Below are positions 16,862 to 25,745 of a stretch of DNA of 28,590 nt, piece by piece (the stretch's first letter is position 1; each line of letters starts with the position of its first letter). The stretch is from Herpetosiphon gulosus. GTDB taxonomy: Bacteria > Chloroflexota > Chloroflexia > Chloroflexales > Herpetosiphonaceae. The stretch covers positions 386,427-415,016 of the forward strand of contig NZ_BAABRU010000004.1 of the NCBI RefSeq assembly GCF_039545135.1, written 5' to 3'. The position numbers and the translations under genes are program-made. Below the pieces are notes generated by a model. It ran no database searches. It was not told where the DNA came from and saw nothing but the letters and a program-made list of their open reading frames with translations.

Positions 16862-17105
16862 CAAAAGGCAAAAGGCAGAAATCAAAAAGATGAGGGATGA
16901 AGTTGAGAACATAGAACATAGAGCAAAGAACATAGTCATTGGAGATCGGTTGCTGGAGATTGGGGATCGGTATTTAACGCAGAGGCGCAGAGAGTTAAGC
17001 ATGAGGGCTGAACGCAAAAGGCCGAAGTCAAAAATCAAAGAACAGAGAGCCTAGAACATAGAACATAGGCATTGAAGATTGGTTGCTGGGGGTTGGGGAT
17101 CGGAG
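16862..17105. repeat. Imperfect tandem duplication of a purine-rich element carrying (A)GAACATAG units (dnaK upstream region)
   Basis: Copy 1 runs about 16862-16990: 'ATCAAAAGGCAAAAG...GATGAGGGATGA...GAGAACATAGAACATAGAGCAAAGAACATAG...GGAGATCGGTTGCTGGAGATTGGGGATCGG'. Copy 2 runs about 17011-17105: '...TCAAAAATCAAAGAACAGAGAGCCTAGAACATAGAACATAGG...GAAGATTGGTTGCTGGGGGTTGGGGATCGG'. Related pieces occur at 340-375 and 2296-2372. Confidence 0.75.
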
Positions 17106-17200
17106 CTGAATCATTGGTAATGGTCAATGGGTTTGACTAGGATAATTGGTGGAATTCGTGCAATTTGTGACTAAAAACTTAACTTTGTGCCCTTCGTGGA

Positions 17201-17242
17201 TCAAAATGGGGATCAGTCGCCTGACCCCCGATCCCTGATCCC
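17201..17242 (-). terminator. Putative terminator of the histidine kinase gene
   Basis: On the - strand 'GGGATCAG'-18 nt-'CTGATCCC' is followed by the T-tract complementary to 'TCAAAAT' at 17201-17207. Confidence 0.4.
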
Positions 17243-17255
17243 TCGCCCCTCGGCA

Positions 17256-19334
17256 CTAATTACGTGCTTTCAAGGCCGAAACACTATTGACTGTGCGTTG
17301 CAAATCGCTGAGCGTAAAGGGTTTTTGCAAGAAGCCCGCCAAACCATCATTCAATAGTGGGTCGAGCATCGAATCGACGCTATAGCCGCTCATCAAAACG
17401 ATTGGCACATCGCCGCGAATGGCTCGCAAGCCATGGGCGGTATCGATGCCATTAAATTGGGGCATGGTCAAATCAAGCAACACCAATTGATATTCATGGG
17501 CATGTTCACGAAAGACTTTGATCGCACTCTCACCATCACTAAATCCTTGAACAGTTAGGCCTAAACGTTGCAGCATGCGTTCAGTAACCGTGCGAACTGC
17601 TGGTTCATCGTCGATCAGCATAACGACATTATGCACTGAATGAACGTCCTCGTTCGGCGCTGCGGGGGTTGGCTGCAAGATCGAATGTGGTGGTAATAAC
17701 ACAGTGACCTCCGTTCCCATTTGCGGTTGGCTCCACACGGCAATTGACCCATGATGCGCTCGTACCATACCCAAAACAGCGGCTAAACCAAGGCCGCGTC
17801 CCGTAAACTTGGTACTAAAATAGGGATCAAACATCAGCCGTTGGGTGCGAGCATCCATACCAACACCGTTATCCCGAATACTTAGGGTAAGATAGCTGCC
17901 AGGCGCAAGTTTGGGTAAGCCAGTAGCGGTATGCGGAGCTTGGGTGTAGGTTTGGAGCTTGCTGGTAATCTGAATTGCTCCATAGCGATGCTCGATCGCC
18001 TCAACACTATTTTTGAAGATACTCAAGATCATTTGGCGGATTTGATTAACATCGCCTTTGAGTAGCCCTAATTGGTCGTCAAGCTCATAGGTTATGCTAG
18101 TCGTTGGATGGGCCTGCTCACTAAGCGTCGTGGTTAGCTCACGCAATTGCTCATTCAGATCGACCGTACTACTGACAAAAAGGCTGCCTCCGGTATAGGC
18201 GACAATCTGCTGGGTTAGCTCGGTTGCCCGAATTGCGAGCTTTTCGATCTCTTGTAGTTGTTGATAAATTGGGTGGGTCGGAATGAGATCGAGCAAACCA
18301 AGGCTAACATTGCCACGAATGCCCATCAAAATATTGTTGAAATCGTGGGCGATGCCTCCGGCGAGCAGGCCAAGACTTTTGCGTTTTTCGCGTTCGTTGG
18401 CAAGTTGTTGGGCAGCTTCACGTTGTTGGATGGCCGTATGATCGCGAATTACTATCTGTACCGCTGTATTACCAGCAAAAGTTATGGGAATAATGGTCAA
18501 CCTTAGGGGGATTTCTGGCGTTTTGGTTGTATCATATTGCAATTCATGGCTCAGCGCTTGGTTGGTGGTAATCGCTTGATCAAACAATTTTTGAATGCTA
18601 TTCGATGTTTGTTCGAGCAAGCCTGCGAGATCGCTCCCAAGCAATTGATGGCGATTTTCAAAGCCCAACAATTCAATCCCAATTGCATTAATATAGACAA
18701 TTCGGCCAGCCTGTTGCACCACAATCCCATCAGGCATGGCATCGAGCATGGCCCGATAATGTTGATCGATCAGGCTATTTGGTCGCCAAAGCGCTGCTTG
18801 AGCAATTGCCTTGCTAAGTTGTTGGCAAACATTCGCCAGAATTTCCGCATCAGCTTGATTCAAGGTATCAACAATACTCTCGATCATCAATACCCCCAGC
18901 AATTGTTGCTCAGCCAAGAGTGGAATGCAGATCGAGGATTGGATGTGGGGATGGCTACGAATAAAATCGGGGTCTTGATCAACATAGGCAATCAAATAGG
19001 CTTGTTTGGTGCGGGCGCAGCGCCCAACAATGCCCTGTTGAAAGCTCAGTTGCTCGGGGTTATGCCCAAAGCCATGTTGGCATTGCAGTTGCAAAATATC
19101 GGTGTGGGCAGCGTAAATGCTAATTAAGCTATTGGCAAAACTTGCAGCAATCGCCGTAACGATTTGGCGATACAGCATATCTAAGGGCAAGTTTTGGCGC
19201 AGAATTGATTGAGTCTGTTCGAGCAAGCCACCACGATCAGACTGGGGCTGAACAGCTTCGGCGGCATATTCATGGCGAGCAAGACTAGCATGCTGGGCAA
19301 CGGTGGGCTGTTCGCTGGCGTGGTGTGGGTCCAT
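17256..19334 (-). CDS. Hybrid sensor histidine kinase / response regulator (GAF-GAF-PAS-HisKA-HATPase_c-REC)
   Basis: The N-terminal half is GAF-like. PAS segment 'LDAMPDGIVVQQAGRIVYINAIGIELLG'. H-box 'GGIAHDFNNIL'. ATPase segment 'IRDNGVGMD...GRGLGLAAV'. C-terminal receiver 'VMLIDDEPAVR...LVLLDLTMP...IVLMSGY'. GGGAGG lies upstream of ATG 19334. Confidence 0.9.
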   Translation of the reverse strand: MDPHHASEQPTVAQHASLARHEYAAEAVQPQSDRGGLLEQTQSILRQNLPLDMLYRQIVTAIAASFANSLISIYAAHTDILQLQCQHGFGHNPEQLSFQQGIVGRCARTKQAYLIAYVDQDPDFIRSHPHIQSSICIPLLAEQQLLGVLMIESIVDTLNQADAEILANVCQQLSKAIAQAALWRPNSLIDQHYRAMLDAMPDGIVVQQAGRIVYINAIGIELLGFENRHQLLGSDLAGLLEQTSNSIQKLFDQAITTNQALSHELQYDTTKTPEIPLRLTIIPITFAGNTAVQIVIRDHTAIQQREAAQQLANEREKRKSLGLLAGGIAHDFNNILMGIRGNVSLGLLDLIPTHPIYQQLQEIEKLAIRATELTQQIVAYTGGSLFVSSTVDLNEQLRELTTTLSEQAHPTTSITYELDDQLGLLKGDVNQIRQMILSIFKNSVEAIEHRYGAIQITSKLQTYTQAPHTATGLPKLAPGSYLTLSIRDNGVGMDARTQRLMFDPYFSTKFTGRGLGLAAVLGMVRAHHGSIAVWSQPQMGTEVTVLLPPHSILQPTPAAPNEDVHSVHNVVMLIDDEPAVRTVTERMLQRLGLTVQGFSDGESAIKVFREHAHEYQLVLLDLTMPQFNGIDTAHGLRAIRGDVPIVLMSGYSVDSMLDPLLNDGLAGFLQKPFTLSDLQRTVNSVSALKARN

Positions 19335-19417
19335 ACGTCCTCCCTAGATCAGGATGGGACACAACGACAGAGTATAGTGGCTCGTTTCCTAGCAGTCTAT
19401 AGTTCTTTTAGTGAGTC

Positions 19418-20626
19418 TTACCCATGACTTATTTCGCCCCACGCTTGTTGCAAGCGCTCAGTAATTGCCTGCCAATCATAGTTGGCGGCCACAAAACGAC
19501 GAGCAGCCATCGCTAAGCCTTGAGCAAATTGGCGTTCGCGCAGCAGTTTGAGGGTGGCTTGGGCAAATTCAGCGGGAGTATCGGCCAGCAAACAATGTTG
19601 GTTTGGCACTAAACCTGTGACCCCGTCAGCGCCCATTGTGGTTGAGACCAGCGGGGTTTCGGTGGCTAAAGCTTCGAGTAATTTGAGCCGCACGCCGCCG
19701 CCCATGCGCATGGGCAAGACGAACACTGCTGCCTTATTGAAATAGGGCTGCACGCTGGGTACATTCGGGATAATTTCAATCACGCCAGGCTGGGCTAATT
19801 GCAAAACCGCTGGAGTTGGCGCACGCCCAACAATCATCAACTTCGTCTCAGGTCGTTCAGCCCGAATTAATGGCAACACTTCTTGAATAAACCAGCGCAA
19901 GGCATCGATATTCGGGCGAAAATCCAAACTGCCAGTAAAAAGCAGCGTATTTGGATCGTACTCACGCGGCATGCTTGGGCTGAATTGCTGGCTATCAACG
20001 CCATTTGGCACAACATGCAGTGTTTTTTTAACCCCAATTTTTTGCAGCATGGCTCGATCTTCGGGCGAAACCACGTAAATTTGATCAAGCTGATTACAAA
20101 CTAAGCGCTCGTAGCGAGCCAATTTGCGCCATTGAATCGCCGAATAGAGCGCGGCATGCCAACGTTTCTGCTGTTGGCGGTCGGTTTGGGCGGCCCGCTG
20201 TTGCAGCACATATTCAGCATTCCATTGATCAAGCGTTGCCGGAATACCCCAACGCTGCGCTTGCAAGGCATACTGCGCCATCTCGATGCTTTCAGCTTGC
20301 ACCAAATCAAAACGATTGGTATTGAGCAAACTGGCCAAGGCCGAACGAAACATCTCCGAAGGCGCACGCAAGACCATATCGGGCAGCGGCGAGGTTAGGG
20401 TTGTCCAAGTGCGTTGGGCCAAATTACGGCGCGGTGCAGGAATTAACGTTAAATGGCAATAGCGATTGAGTGGTTGGGCAGCGGCGCTAACAATATGGCT
20501 CGGCGAGAGGCTTAAACACCATAATTCATGTTGGCGACTTAGCTCACGCAGCAATTGAAACATGCGTTGCGTGCCGCCGCTGTTGGCCGGATAGGCTGGG
20601 TATGGTGTGAGAAACAGAATTCGCAT
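19418..20626 (-). CDS. Glycosyltransferase family 4 (GT-B, Glycos_transf_1)
   Basis: N-terminus 'MRILFLTPYPAYPANSGGTQR' and C-terminal 'EALATETPLVSTTMGADG' match the GT4 EX7E region. It starts 4 nt after the upstream lipoprotein gene's stop. Confidence 0.8.
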   Translation of the reverse strand: MRILFLTPYPAYPANSGGTQRMFQLLRELSRQHELWCLSLSPSHIVSAAAQPLNRYCHLTLIPAPRRNLAQRTWTTLTSPLPDMVLRAPSEMFRSALASLLNTNRFDLVQAESIEMAQYALQAQRWGIPATLDQWNAEYVLQQRAAQTDRQQQKRWHAALYSAIQWRKLARYERLVCNQLDQIYVVSPEDRAMLQKIGVKKTLHVVPNGVDSQQFSPSMPREYDPNTLLFTGSLDFRPNIDALRWFIQEVLPLIRAERPETKLMIVGRAPTPAVLQLAQPGVIEIIPNVPSVQPYFNKAAVFVLPMRMGGGVRLKLLEALATETPLVSTTMGADGVTGLVPNQHCLLADTPAEFAQATLKLLRERQFAQGLAMAARRFVAANYDWQAITERLQQAWGEISHG

Positions 20627-20629
20627 CGG

Positions 20630-21049
20630 TCAATCAGGGGTATTGCACAAGAAGAATTGAGCATCACGCCCAGCGTGGTAGGCATAGCGCACGCCAGCAA
20701 CTTCGAGCACTACCCGAAAACCTGGGGTGAGCACCGCCCGCCCGATGCCGCCATTATCGGCGCAACCTAAATTGCTGGCAGGCCAGGTCAGGGCTTCATC
20801 GATCAGCACATTAATTTGCTCGGCTGGGGTCGCAAATTGAGCCTGATGCAAACTGATCACGGTTTGGGCATTGCTGGATGAGGGCTGGCTGGCCATAGTT
20901 GGTTCCTGCGTCAGCGTTGGGACAATTGGGCTAGTGGTTGGCAACGGTTGCGCAACAGCGCCACAGCTGATCAACAGCCATGGGCTTACAAGCAGAGCAA
21001 TGGTACAATTGAGCCGCTGTCGCCAACGACGAGAGCACGTAGTTTTCAT
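20630..21049 (-). CDS. Putative lipoprotein (hypothetical)
   Basis: 'MKTTCSRRWRQRLNCTIALLVSPWLLISCGAV' has a positively charged n-region, a hydrophobic core and the lipobox L-I-S-C. No convincing SD is present. Its start lies 20 nt from the divergent IMPase start. Confidence 0.45.
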   Translation of the reverse strand: MKTTCSRRWRQRLNCTIALLVSPWLLISCGAVAQPLPTTSPIVPTLTQEPTMASQPSSSNAQTVISLHQAQFATPAEQINVLIDEALTWPASNLGCADNGGIGRAVLTPGFRVVLEVAGVRYAYHAGRDAQFFLCNTPD

Positions 21050-21068
21050 AGCCCAAAGGATACCACAA

Positions 21069-21833
21069 ATGCGAAGTCATGCGATTGCCATTGCCAAAGC
21101 CGCAGGCCAAATTCTGCGCGATGGATTACGCAATGAGCGTCAGATTCAACATAAAAGTGCCGCGATCGATCTGGTTACCAATATCGATTTAGCTAGCGAA
21201 AAATTAATTGTCAGCCAACTACGCGAACAGTTTCCTGATCATCGAATTGTTGCCGAAGAATCGGGCGATGATGGTCGTACCGCTGAATATTGTTGGGTAA
21301 TCGATCCGCTTGATGGCACGACCAATTATGCCCATGGATTCCCATTCTTCGCGGTTTCAATCGCCTTATTGCACAACAATCAGCCGACAATTGGCGTGGT
21401 CTATGATCCATGGCGCGATGAATGTTTTGTGGGCGAGCGCGGGGTTGGCGCTTGGCTCAACGATCAACCATTACATGTCACCAACACCGACACGGTTGAT
21501 GCCGCCTTGCTCAGCACGGGCTTTCCCTACACAATTCGCAGCAATCCCGATAACAACATCGCTGAATTTACGCGGATTGTAGTCAAAGCCCAAGCAATTC
21601 GCCGTGGCGGAGCCGCCGCCTTGGATATTTGTTATGTGGCAGCTGGTCGTAGCGAAGGCCACTGGGAGTTAGGCCTCAAGCCTTGGGATACCGCTGCCGC
21701 CGCCGTGGTTTTGGCCGAGGCTGGTGGCAAACTCAGCACCTGGACTGGCGCAGATTGGAATCCATGGATTGATCGCTTGGTAGCAACTAACGGTGCTGTG
21801 CATGCTGAACTGGTCGAATTATTACAAGCCTAA
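21069..21833 (+). CDS. Inositol monophosphatase family protein (SuhB/ImpA-like)
   Basis: 'VAEESGDDG', 'WVIDPLDGTTNYAHG' (DPIDGT) and 'GGAAALDICYVAAGRSEG' are IMPase motifs. ATG 21069 is in frame with the longer track ORF from 20871. The 5' extension was rejected because it overlaps the divergent gene. Confidence 0.85.
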   Translation: MRSHAIAIAKAAGQILRDGLRNERQIQHKSAAIDLVTNIDLASEKLIVSQLREQFPDHRIVAEESGDDGRTAEYCWVIDPLDGTTNYAHGFPFFAVSIALLHNNQPTIGVVYDPWRDECFVGERGVGAWLNDQPLHVTNTDTVDAALLSTGFPYTIRSNPDNNIAEFTRIVVKAQAIRRGGAAALDICYVAAGRSEGHWELGLKPWDTAAAAVVLAEAGGKLSTWTGADWNPWIDRLVATNGAVHAELVELLQA

Positions 21834-21851
21834 TTCCATTTTTTAGCCTAG

Positions 21852-21885
21852 AAAGCTCTTGCCAGATTGCAAGAGCTTTTTTGTT
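21852..21885 (+). terminator. Rho-independent terminator of the IMPase gene
   Basis: 'AAAGCTCTTGC'-CAGAT-'GCAAGAGCTTT' followed by TTTGTTGTGTTGCTTT. Confidence 0.8.
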
Positions 21886-21895
21886 GTGTTGCTTT

Positions 21896-22000
21896 CCCTC
21901 ACCCCCTAGCCCCCTCTCCCGCCCAGCAGGCGAGGGGGAATTCCTCCATCATGAACCATGGAACGCCCCACGCCCGCCGCAGTGGGAGAGGGGTGAGGGG
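21896..22000. repeat. GC-rich nested palindromic element (family copy D)
   Basis: 'CCCTCACCCCCTAGCCCCCTCTCCCGC' is identical over 27 nt to 409-435. 'GCGAGGGGGAATTCCTCC' parallels copy A. It ends '...CGCCCGCCGCAGTGGGAGAGGGGTGAGGGG'. Confidence 0.8.
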
Positions 22001-22398
22001 ACACCATGAACTGCCAACCTTATAAACCATTACAACGAGCAATAACAATCACGTTATTTTAGCATTCTAGCAACAACATATTGGAAAAAATTTCAGAACC
22101 CGTACAAGCCACTAATTGCACTTTAGGGGGTGCAGGGGGATGAAAACCCCTTGCGTTCCCCGCCTTGAGGCGGGGCGGAGGGGTGGTGATCATTATAAAT
22201 CCCAAATATTCATAGGCACGAGGCGTTAGCAACCATATTCAACTTTGATTCAAGGAGCATGACAATGATACTAATGCCCTGGATAACTACCCAATTTTAT
22301 TAATCACAGGTAAAAAATTAGGGCTAATGGGCTATGGTCAATTTGGGCTAGGGCTGCGATAGTACCCCTGCATCATTGTTGCCTATTTTGGAGTGTGT

Positions 22399-23409
22399 AT
22401 GCAGGTTGTTCAGTATTGGCTACGGACTAAACGGCGCTGGTTCATTGTCAGTGCCCTGATTTTTTGTTTAGTTGGCTCAGTGGCAGGCCAAGAACCTCAG
22501 GCCTTGGCTGGCGGCAGCATGAATTATCTGCCAGCGGTTATGTTTAATGCCGATTTAGATATTCATAATCGCCAATCGGTAGTGAACTTTTATCAAAATT
22601 ATTATCTCACCTCGATGGCGGTCGATATTGGTTGGACGGGCAACGCCAGCACATGCACGCCTGGCACAACCACCCAAGCGTTCCGCGATACGGTTTTAGC
22701 CCGAATTAATTATTTTCGGCGCATGGCTGGCATGGGCACAGTAACGTTTGATACAGCTTTGAATGCCAAGGCTCAGCAAGCGGCCTTGATGATGAGCCGC
22801 AACCGCACGCTCAATCATTATCCGCCCAGCAATTGGCTGTGTTATACCGCCGAAGGCAACGAGGCTGCTGGCAAATCAAATTTAGCGGCTGGAGTAACCG
22901 CCAATGGCACTGGCGCGATTGGCTTATATATGTCCGATGACAACACGCCCAGCGTTGGGCATCGACGTTGGTTGCTGTATCCGCCGACGCTCAAAATGGG
23001 CACAGGCGATGTCAAAGCCCAAACAGGCACGCTCGATGCTAATAGTTTGTGGGTGGTTGGCAATACTGGCCCACGCCCTGCCACCCGCACCGAATATATT
23101 GCTTGGCCACCAGCGGGCTTCGTGCCTTTTATGAATGCCTACAAACGTTGGTCGTTTAGTTTGCCCAGCGCCAATTTTGCCAATGCCGTAGTGACAATGC
23201 AAAAGAGTGGTCAGCCGCAAGCACTGACAATCGTCTCGCGCAGCGGCGGGATTGCCGATAATACCATTGTTTGGGATGTTACAGGCTATGTTACATGGCC
23301 AGCGCCTGCCAGCGATATCACCTATACTGTGAATGTGAGTAATGTGGTCCAGAATGGCCAAACCCGCTCGTTCAGCTATCAGGTCACCGTGATTGACCCA
23401 AGTCGTTAG
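22399..23409 (+). CDS. Secreted CAP/SCP/YkwD-like domain protein with C-terminal beta-rich extension (paralog 1)
   Basis: Signal peptide 'MQVVQYWLRTKRRWFIVSALIFCLVGSVAG'. 'INYFRRMAGMGTV...LNAKAQQAALMMSRN...LNH' and 'GHRRWLLYP' resemble the YkwD/CAP core. GGAG lies 6 nt before ATG 22399. Confidence 0.55.
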   Translation: MQVVQYWLRTKRRWFIVSALIFCLVGSVAGQEPQALAGGSMNYLPAVMFNADLDIHNRQSVVNFYQNYYLTSMAVDIGWTGNASTCTPGTTTQAFRDTVLARINYFRRMAGMGTVTFDTALNAKAQQAALMMSRNRTLNHYPPSNWLCYTAEGNEAAGKSNLAAGVTANGTGAIGLYMSDDNTPSVGHRRWLLYPPTLKMGTGDVKAQTGTLDANSLWVVGNTGPRPATRTEYIAWPPAGFVPFMNAYKRWSFSLPSANFANAVVTMQKSGQPQALTIVSRSGGIADNTIVWDVTGYVTWPAPASDITYTVNVSNVVQNGQTRSFSYQVTVIDPSR

Positions 23410-23484
23410 GGCGGATGGGCTATAGCCAAATCGTCAATTTTTTGTCAAAATTCATTAACTAATTCATTACACTGGAGGCATGGT

Positions 23485-24513
23485 ATGCAGGTGGCATCTA
23501 CTTGGCGGCGCAGCCGCTGGATGAGTTTGGTTGTAACAAGTTTGCTGGTATTTAGTTTGGTGGCCCCACTTGCAGCCCAAGAACCCCAAGCTATTGCTGG
23601 CGGCAGCATGAATTATCTACCAGCCGTTATGTCAAACCCTGAGCTTGATATCAATAACCGCCAATCGGTGGTCAATTTCTATACCAATTTCTACTTACCA
23701 AGCGAAGGCGTGGCCGATGGCTGGACTGGCAGCCAAGCCAGTTGTAACGCTGGCACAACCAGCCAAGCCTATCGCGATGCAATTCTGTTGCGAGTTAATT
23801 ATTTCCGTAAAATGGCGGGCATGGCCGCAGTAACCCTCAACGAGAGCTACAATAGCCAAGCCCAACAAGCAGCCTTGATGATGAGCCGCAACAATAGTCT
23901 CAGCCATAGCCCACCAACGTCATGGGCTTGCTACACCGCCGCAGGTAGAACCGCCGCTGGCAAATCGAATTTATACTTAGGAGCAGTTGGCCCAGGTGCA
24001 ATCACTGGCTATATGCGCGATCCAGGCACAGGCAATGGGGCAGTTGGTCACCGCCGCTGGATTCTTTACCCGCAAAATAAATCGATTGGCACTGGCGATG
24101 TGCCCAGCCGCAGTGGCTATGCTGGCTCAAATGCCCTCTATGTGATTACCAGTGATTTTGGCACAGCCCGACCTGCCACCCGCACCGAATATGTACCTTG
24201 GCCGCCCGAAGGTTTTGTGCCCTATCAAGTCGTTTTTGGGCGTTGGTCATTCTCATTGCATAATGGCAATGTAACCAATGCAACTATTACCATGCGCCAA
24301 GGGAGCACCAATATTCCAGTTACCAAAGAAACTGTTACCAACGGCTATGGCGAAAATACAGTGGTTTGGATTCCGCAGGGCTATAGCAATGGTTCAACCT
24401 GGAATCAACCCAGCGCCGATACCACCTACACCATCACGATTGGCAATGTTGTGGTCAATTCGCAAACCCGCTCCTTCACCTATAATGTAACTGTGATTAA
24501 TCCAAACCAATAG
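23485..24513 (+). CDS. Secreted CAP/SCP/YkwD-like domain protein (paralog 2; by eye roughly half of residues identical to paralog 1)
   Basis: Shared blocks with paralog 1 are 'QEPQAIAGGSMNYLPAVM', 'RQSVVNFY', 'NYFRKMAGM', 'AQQAALMMSRN', 'GHRRWILYP' and 'RPATRTEYVPWPPEGFVP'. GGAGG lies 6 nt before ATG 23485. Confidence 0.55.
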   Translation: MQVASTWRRSRWMSLVVTSLLVFSLVAPLAAQEPQAIAGGSMNYLPAVMSNPELDINNRQSVVNFYTNFYLPSEGVADGWTGSQASCNAGTTSQAYRDAILLRVNYFRKMAGMAAVTLNESYNSQAQQAALMMSRNNSLSHSPPTSWACYTAAGRTAAGKSNLYLGAVGPGAITGYMRDPGTGNGAVGHRRWILYPQNKSIGTGDVPSRSGYAGSNALYVITSDFGTARPATRTEYVPWPPEGFVPYQVVFGRWSFSLHNGNVTNATITMRQGSTNIPVTKETVTNGYGENTVVWIPQGYSNGSTWNQPSADTTYTITIGNVVVNSQTRSFTYNVTVINPNQ

Positions 24514-24594
24514 CCGCTTTCCAAATAAAATCCTCAATTCAGACCGACAGTAGCCACGAGTTGCTGTCGGTCGTGATCTGTGCTGGAGGTGTGT

Positions 24595-25704
24595 GTGGCT
24601 CCCAAAATTGCTTTTATTCGTAAGGGGCGCTGGCCATTGGCGAATGTGCGAACCGCCGAAGCGCTACGTGCCCAATTTCCCGAATATGAACTACGCGAGA
24701 TCGATTTAATTCCCATCATTCGACGCAAGCCTGCACTGGTTGCATTAAATGGCTGGTGGACATTACGTCAATATGCTGGCGACTTGGCGATGCGGCGGCG
24801 CGGCCCCAAAGATGCCTTTTTGATTACCAGCTATATTTTCCATGCTGTCAAGCATTTAGTAGCCGATTTGCTGCGCGATGACGAGTATTTGTTCAGCTTT
24901 CAGATGCAATCGTTGTTTGATGTCAGCGTGCCAAACATTCCTAATTTTGTGTATACCGACCATACCTTGTTGGCAAACCGTCAATATCCAGGCTTTAATC
25001 CAAGCTCGCTCTATCACCCTGAATGGATGAAGTTAGAGCCAAGCATTTATCAAAATGCCAAATTAGTCTTTACACGTTCAAATCATGTTTCGCGCTCATT
25101 GATCGAAGATTACCATTGTGATCCGGCCAAAGTGCGCTGTGTTTATGCTGGCAGCAATGCTCCGGTCATCAGCGAAGCGCCTGATCCAGCGCGTTATGCC
25201 AGCCAAAATATTGTCTATGTTGGGATAGATTGGGAGCGCAAAGGCGGCCCTGAATTGCTACAAGCCTTCGCCCAAGTGCGGGCAGTTTATCCCAATGCCA
25301 CTTTGACGATCATCGGAGCAACGCCGCAAACCAACCAACCTGGGGTTGAGGTCATCGGGCGGATTCCGGTTGAACAATTGCCGCAATATTATCAACGAGC
25401 AGCCGTCTTTTGCATGCCCACCAAACTTGAGCCATTTGGCATCGTTACGATTGAGGCCATGAATTATTGGCTGCCTGTGGTTTCGACCAACCTTGGAGCC
25501 ATGCCCGACTTTATCGAGCATGATCGTAACGGCTATTTGGTCGAGCCAGGCACAGTTGATCAGCTAGCAACTGCTTTGATCAAATTGGTCGGTGATCCTG
25601 AGCGCTGTCGGCGATTTGGGGCACGCAGTGTCGAAATTGCGGCACGTTATCGCTGGGAAGCGGTTGGATCAGCCATGCGCGAGGCGATTCAAAGTTGTAT
25701 CTAA
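24595..25704 (+). CDS. Glycosyltransferase family 4
   Basis: 'VGIDWERKGGPELL' and 'EPFGIVTIEAMNYWLPVVSTNLGAMPDFIEHDRNGYLVEPG' match the Glycos_transf_1 EX7E region. The likely start is GTG 24595, 5 nt after GGAGG at 24585-24589. The track ORF from 24580 is in the same frame. Confidence 0.75.
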   Translation: MAPKIAFIRKGRWPLANVRTAEALRAQFPEYELREIDLIPIIRRKPALVALNGWWTLRQYAGDLAMRRRGPKDAFLITSYIFHAVKHLVADLLRDDEYLFSFQMQSLFDVSVPNIPNFVYTDHTLLANRQYPGFNPSSLYHPEWMKLEPSIYQNAKLVFTRSNHVSRSLIEDYHCDPAKVRCVYAGSNAPVISEAPDPARYASQNIVYVGIDWERKGGPELLQAFAQVRAVYPNATLTIIGATPQTNQPGVEVIGRIPVEQLPQYYQRAAVFCMPTKLEPFGIVTIEAMNYWLPVVSTNLGAMPDFIEHDRNGYLVEPGTVDQLATALIKLVGDPERCRRFGARSVEIAARYRWEAVGSAMREAIQSCI

Positions 25705-25710
25705 TTTGGT

Positions 25711-25745
25711 ATACCGCTAATTTTTAATTAGCGGTATATTTATTC
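25711..25745. terminator. Palindromic hairpin at the GC/AT composition boundary; likely bidirectional terminator
   Basis: 'ATACCGCTAATT'-TT-'AATTAGCGGTAT' is followed by 'ATTTATTCTAATT'. It lies 6 nt after the GT4 stop and immediately before the stop of the - strand island gene. Confidence 0.6.

Noticed and set aside
20871-21068. 5' extension of the IMPase ORF
   Set aside because: It has no SD and overlaps the divergent lipoprotein gene. The conserved IMPase N-terminus begins at ATG 21069.
22125-22190. GC-rich hairpin 'CCCCGCCTTGAGGCGGGG' embedded in 'GGGGGTGCAGGGGGATGAAAACCCC...GGAGGGGTGG'
   Set aside because: It is possibly another GC-rich repeat relative or an RNA structure. It occurs only once in the window and has no T-tract, so there is insufficient evidence for a call.
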